Part shown: positions 61,091 through 64,000 of the stretch, piece by piece
How the letters are laid out: each line of letters opens with the position of its first letter
Position numbering within the stretch: the first letter of the stretch is position 1
Source of the DNA: an uncultured Gammaproteobacteria bacterium
Lineage (GTDB): Bacteria > Pseudomonadota > Gammaproteobacteria > Steroidobacterales > Rariloculaceae
Assembly (NCBI GenBank): GCA_963782445.1
Contig: CAWAJM010000001.1
Location: forward strand, 1,822,224 to 1,886,223
Length of the DNA: 64,000 nucleotides
Reading direction: 5' to 3'
Made by a program: the position numbers and the translations under genes
The notes under the pieces: generated by a model
Seen by the model: only the letters and a program-made list of their open reading frames with translations
Told to the model about the DNA's origin: nothing
The model's database searches: none

Positions 61091-62590
61091 TTAATCAGGT
61101 GCCCCGAGCCGGCGGCCGTCGACTTCGGCCCCGTAGTAGCCGTAGGCGTGGCGCTTGTGATAGAGCTCGCGCGTCTTTTGCACGTTGCCCGTGGAGCGCG
61201 GGTCCTGCGGCCGCGGGTGGCTGTCTACCCACGCGGCGACATCCCAAGCCTGCTGCGGCGTCAACGTGCCGGGCGCGCCGAAGGGCATGTTCGCGTAGAT
61301 GAACGCTGCGGCCTTGTCGGGCGCGTGCATGCCGGCGCCCCAGTTGTAGGACTGCGGACCCCAAAGCGGCGGAATCACGCTCGCGCCCGCGACGATGCTG
61401 CCTTGCCCGTCGTCGCCGTGGCAGAGCGCGCAATCGGCGGCATAGACGGCGCGGCCGCGGTCCCGGTCCGGCGGCGACCCCGGCGCCGCGAGTGCGGGGT
61501 AGCCGGAGGCCTTCGGCTTGATCCCGACGGGGAGGCCGGTCGCGAGCCAGTTCATGTAACTCATGAGCGCGACCATCGTTTCGCTGTCCGCCGGCGGCGG
61601 CGTGCCGTTCTGGCTGTAGCGGAAACAGCCCTCGATGCGCATCGCAAGCGAGTTGATGCGGTGGTTCTTGGAGCGGAACTTCGGGTATTGCGGCACGGCC
61701 GCCCACATGGGCGAGGAGACGGGATTGCGGCCCCTGTCCGTATGACAGTTGCGGCAGCTCAGCGCATTGCCGGTGTACTTCGCCGCGTATTTCGGTGTGT
61801 TCGAGAAGATGCGCTCGCCGAGCAAGACCGCCGCGGCGTCCTCGGGGTTGGCGGGCAGGGCCGCTTCGGGTGGCGGCTCGAAGGCGTCCGGATTCTGCGC
61901 ATGCGGCCGCCAGGCCGACTCCCCGCCGCGCGGCGCTTCGGACTGTTGGCCTTCCCGCAGCGAGGCCGCATATGCGGCTGCGGCCTCGATTTCGGCGGGG
62001 TCGAGCTGGGCGGCCACGCGCGCCATGAGCCCGAGCGGCCCGCCCGGGCGGCTGCCAGCCTTGAAGGCCTCGAGCTGGGCGCGCAGATAGTCCGCGGGCT
62101 GGCCCGCGAGACCTGGCAGCGCCGTGCCGCCGCCCTGCAGGGCCGGCCCGTGGCAGTCGCGGCAGGCCGGAACACCGCTCGACCACTTGCCGAGCGCGAC
62201 GAGGCGGGCGCCGCGCCGGAGCGTGTCGGCCGGCGCCGGCTCGGCGGGCAGATAGGGAGCCGAGAGGCCAGCGACGTAGGCGGCGACCGCACGCCTCTGG
62301 GCGGCGTCGAGCGGTTTGGCGATCGGTGCCATGACCGGATCGGGACGTTTGCCGTTTCGGTAGGCTGCGAGCTGGCCCGCGACGTAGTCGGCGGGCAGAC
62401 CCGCGAGCCTCGGAATCGCGCCGCTGCCCGCGCCGCGCGCGCCGTGGCAGGCGATGCACGGCGCGATCTGGCCCTGAACGCCTTGGTTGTAGATCTGCGC
62501 GCCGGGCGATTGCTGCGCCCGACCGGAGGCCGACAGCACCAATGAGAGGCCGGCGGCGGCCACGAGCCCAAGCGATTTCTTCGCGCCCAT
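61091..62590 (-). CDS. tsdBA: Tetrahaem thiosulfate dehydrogenase, TsdB-TsdA fusion type
   Basis: It has a signal peptide and four CxxCH motifs (CIACH, CRDCH, CRNCH, CALCH). The N-terminal half resembles dihaem cytochrome c4/TsdB. The C-terminal half aligns with A. vinosum TsdA (RIEGCF.YS.NG, PPLWGP.S.N.GAGM, A.FI...MP.G, AWDVA.WV..HPRP). Confidence 0.8.
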   Translation of the reverse strand: MGAKKSLGLVAAAGLSLVLSASGRAQQSPGAQIYNQGVQGQIAPCIACHGARGAGSGAIPRLAGLPADYVAGQLAAYRNGKRPDPVMAPIAKPLDAAQRRAVAAYVAGLSAPYLPAEPAPADTLRRGARLVALGKWSSGVPACRDCHGPALQGGGTALPGLAGQPADYLRAQLEAFKAGSRPGGPLGLMARVAAQLDPAEIEAAAAYAASLREGQQSEAPRGGESAWRPHAQNPDAFEPPPEAALPANPEDAAAVLLGERIFSNTPKYAAKYTGNALSCRNCHTDRGRNPVSSPMWAAVPQYPKFRSKNHRINSLAMRIEGCFRYSQNGTPPPADSETMVALMSYMNWLATGLPVGIKPKASGYPALAAPGSPPDRDRGRAVYAADCALCHGDDGQGSIVAGASVIPPLWGPQSYNWGAGMHAPDKAAAFIYANMPFGAPGTLTPQQAWDVAAWVDSHPRPQDPRSTGNVQKTRELYHKRHAYGYYGAEVDGRRLGAPD

Positions 62591-62791
62591 CGTCGAGTCT
62601 CCCCTTGTCTTTACGGGCTCTGTGCCGATCCGTTCGCGCGTCCGGTGCGCCGAAACGTGTACACTTTGCGCCGACCCTCGCAATGCACCGGGGCCGAACT
62701 CCGGAAGGATACCTGCAATGCAGGCTTACGACATGCATCCCGCCGCGTGCGGGGAGCGCCATGCAGCCGCGCCGCTTTCGGCCGGGAGGCA

Positions 62792-63571
62792 GTGTTGGCG
62801 CTGACGTGGCTCGGCGCGCTGGCGGTCGGTCTGAGCCTCGGTCTGCTCGGTTCGGGGGGCTCCATCCTGACCGTCCCGGTGCTCGTCTACGCCGCAGGCG
62901 AACCGCCGAAAGTCGCGATCGCGGCTTCGTTGGCCATCGTCGGCTCGATCGCCTTGGTCGGCGCCGTCAGCTACGCACGCCAGCGGCTCGTCGATTGGCG
63001 CTTCGTGCTGTATTTCGGGCTGCCCGGTATCGTGGCGACCTACGGCGGGGCCTGGGCCTCGCATTTCGTGACGGGCGCTGTGCAGCTCGTCGTCTTCGCC
63101 CTAATCATGGCGCTCGCGTCGTTCACGATGTTGCGCCGGCCGCGCGTTACGCAGGCCGCGTATCGGGAGCAGCACTTTCTCTGGCTGCTCGGCGCGGGCA
63201 TCGGCATCGGTCTCATCACGGGCTTCGTCGGCGTCGGCGGCGGATTTCTGTTCGTGCCGGCGCTCGTGATCCTGGGCGGCCTCTCTATGCACCGCGCCGT
63301 CGGCACGAGTCTCGCGATCATCCTGCTCAACTCGGCGAGCGGTTTCTACAAGCATTTCGAGCTGCTCTCGGCGGGCAGCGTCGCGATACCCTGGGACGTC
63401 ATCGCGGTCTTCGCGGTGATCGGTATCGGTGGCAGCCTGCTCGGCAACCTGCTCGCGCGGCGGCTGCAGCACGCGCATCTGCGTCGCGTGTTCGGCGTCT
63501 TCCTCGTCGTCATGAGCGTGCTGATCCTCTGGGAGAGTCTGCCCGAGGTCGTGCACGCGGCGGTGCGCTGA
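62792..63571 (+). CDS. TauE/SafE family sulfite-exporter-like membrane protein
   Basis: The sequence reads GLLGSGGSILTVPVLVY, followed by GFVGVGGGFLFVPALV.....M..AVGTSL. The start is GTG 62792 or TTG 62795, after GGGAGG. Confidence 0.83.
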   Translation: MLALTWLGALAVGLSLGLLGSGGSILTVPVLVYAAGEPPKVAIAASLAIVGSIALVGAVSYARQRLVDWRFVLYFGLPGIVATYGGAWASHFVTGAVQLVVFALIMALASFTMLRRPRVTQAAYREQHFLWLLGAGIGIGLITGFVGVGGGFLFVPALVILGGLSMHRAVGTSLAIILLNSASGFYKHFELLSAGSVAIPWDVIAVFAVIGIGGSLLGNLLARRLQHAHLRRVFGVFLVVMSVLILWESLPEVVHAAVR

Positions 63572-63832
63572 TTCGCGTGCCGCCGGAGACATGGGTTTCG
63601 GCCTGCCCGCTCATGCTCGCGGTACGTACATCCCCTTATCGTTCGGTCGATGCCGGGCGGCGCATCCTTCCAGGATTCCAATTGGAACGATGAGGGCCGG
63701 GCACGGCGAGCGCTCGGGGGCGCGTCGACCGTCTGTTCCCGAAGGTGTGCCAGGCCCGGGTGAACGAGCGCGGAGGGCGAAGATGAAGGATCGTGGCTGG
63801 GCACAGGATGGCGGCGTGGGCCCCTGTCCGCA

Positions 63833-64000
63833 ATGAGCCAGGTCGCCGACGCCGGCGCAGGCCCCGCCGAGGCCGTGTCCTCCGAGCAGGTGCCGGACGC
63901 CGAGGCCGTTGCACGGCTTTCGGGCGATGCCCTGCTCGAGCGGCTCGGTGTCCGCCGCGAGCGCGGTCTGTCGAGCGCCGCGGCGGCCGAGCGTCTCGCG
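63833..64000 (+). CDS. N-terminus of a cation-transporting P-type ATPase (3' end outside the window)
   Basis: The open frame from ATG 63833 to the window end reads ...LSGDALLERLGVRRERGLSSAAAAERLA. This is a typical Cation_ATPase_N segment (GLS..EA..RL). Confidence 0.55.
   Translation, partial: MSQVADAGAGPAEAVSSEQVPDAEAVARLSGDALLERLGVRRERGLSSAAAAERLA

Overview
The window is a high-GC (about two thirds G+C by eye) chromosomal core segment with gammaproteobacterial gene order. The conserved blocks are:
- rimP-nusA-infB-rbfA-truB-rpsO-pnp
- gluQ-dksA and queF
- smc-zipA-ligA
- ppiC-bolA-ispZ, yciO, an M50 protease, and scpA-scpB-rluB
- yciK-gph-ubiG-mtaD
- gyrA-serC-serA-pheA-aroA-cmk-rpsA-ihfB-lapA-lapB
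- comEA, galU, and a mixed accessory tail: CoA-transferase, RraA-type aldolase, GGDEF, fsr, CmcJ-like, SPW, FkbM, a TsdBA thiosulfate dehydrogenase module, TauE and the start of a P-type ATPase.

I found no rRNA, tRNA, CRISPR array, transposase or integrase.

The most unusual region is a low-GC island downstream of ligA (about 24.5-28.9 kb). It is bracketed by two paralogous uncharacterised HTH-like proteins. It carries a GNAT acetyltransferase and a secreted 504-aa protein with 41 copies of the octapeptide G-I-T-G-S-G-S-R, in two arrays around a 138-aa core. One array is a near-perfect 24-bp/72-bp tandem repeat.

Other notable points:
- dksA is a CxxT/CxxA (Zn-independent type) variant with a roughly 175-aa lysine-rich N-terminal tail.
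- bolA (not in the ORF track) and rluB appear to need CTG start codons.
- aroA and a hybrid sensor-kinase locus are frameshifted or decayed.
- A PQQ-dehydrogenase remnant sits near the left edge.
- A 115-bp element with perfect 30-bp inverted arms follows pnp.
- Tandem terminator hairpins precede rimP-nusA.

Many long ORFs in the track are antisense or out-of-frame artefacts of high GC. All functional calls rest on my reading of the translated sequences; no database search was run.
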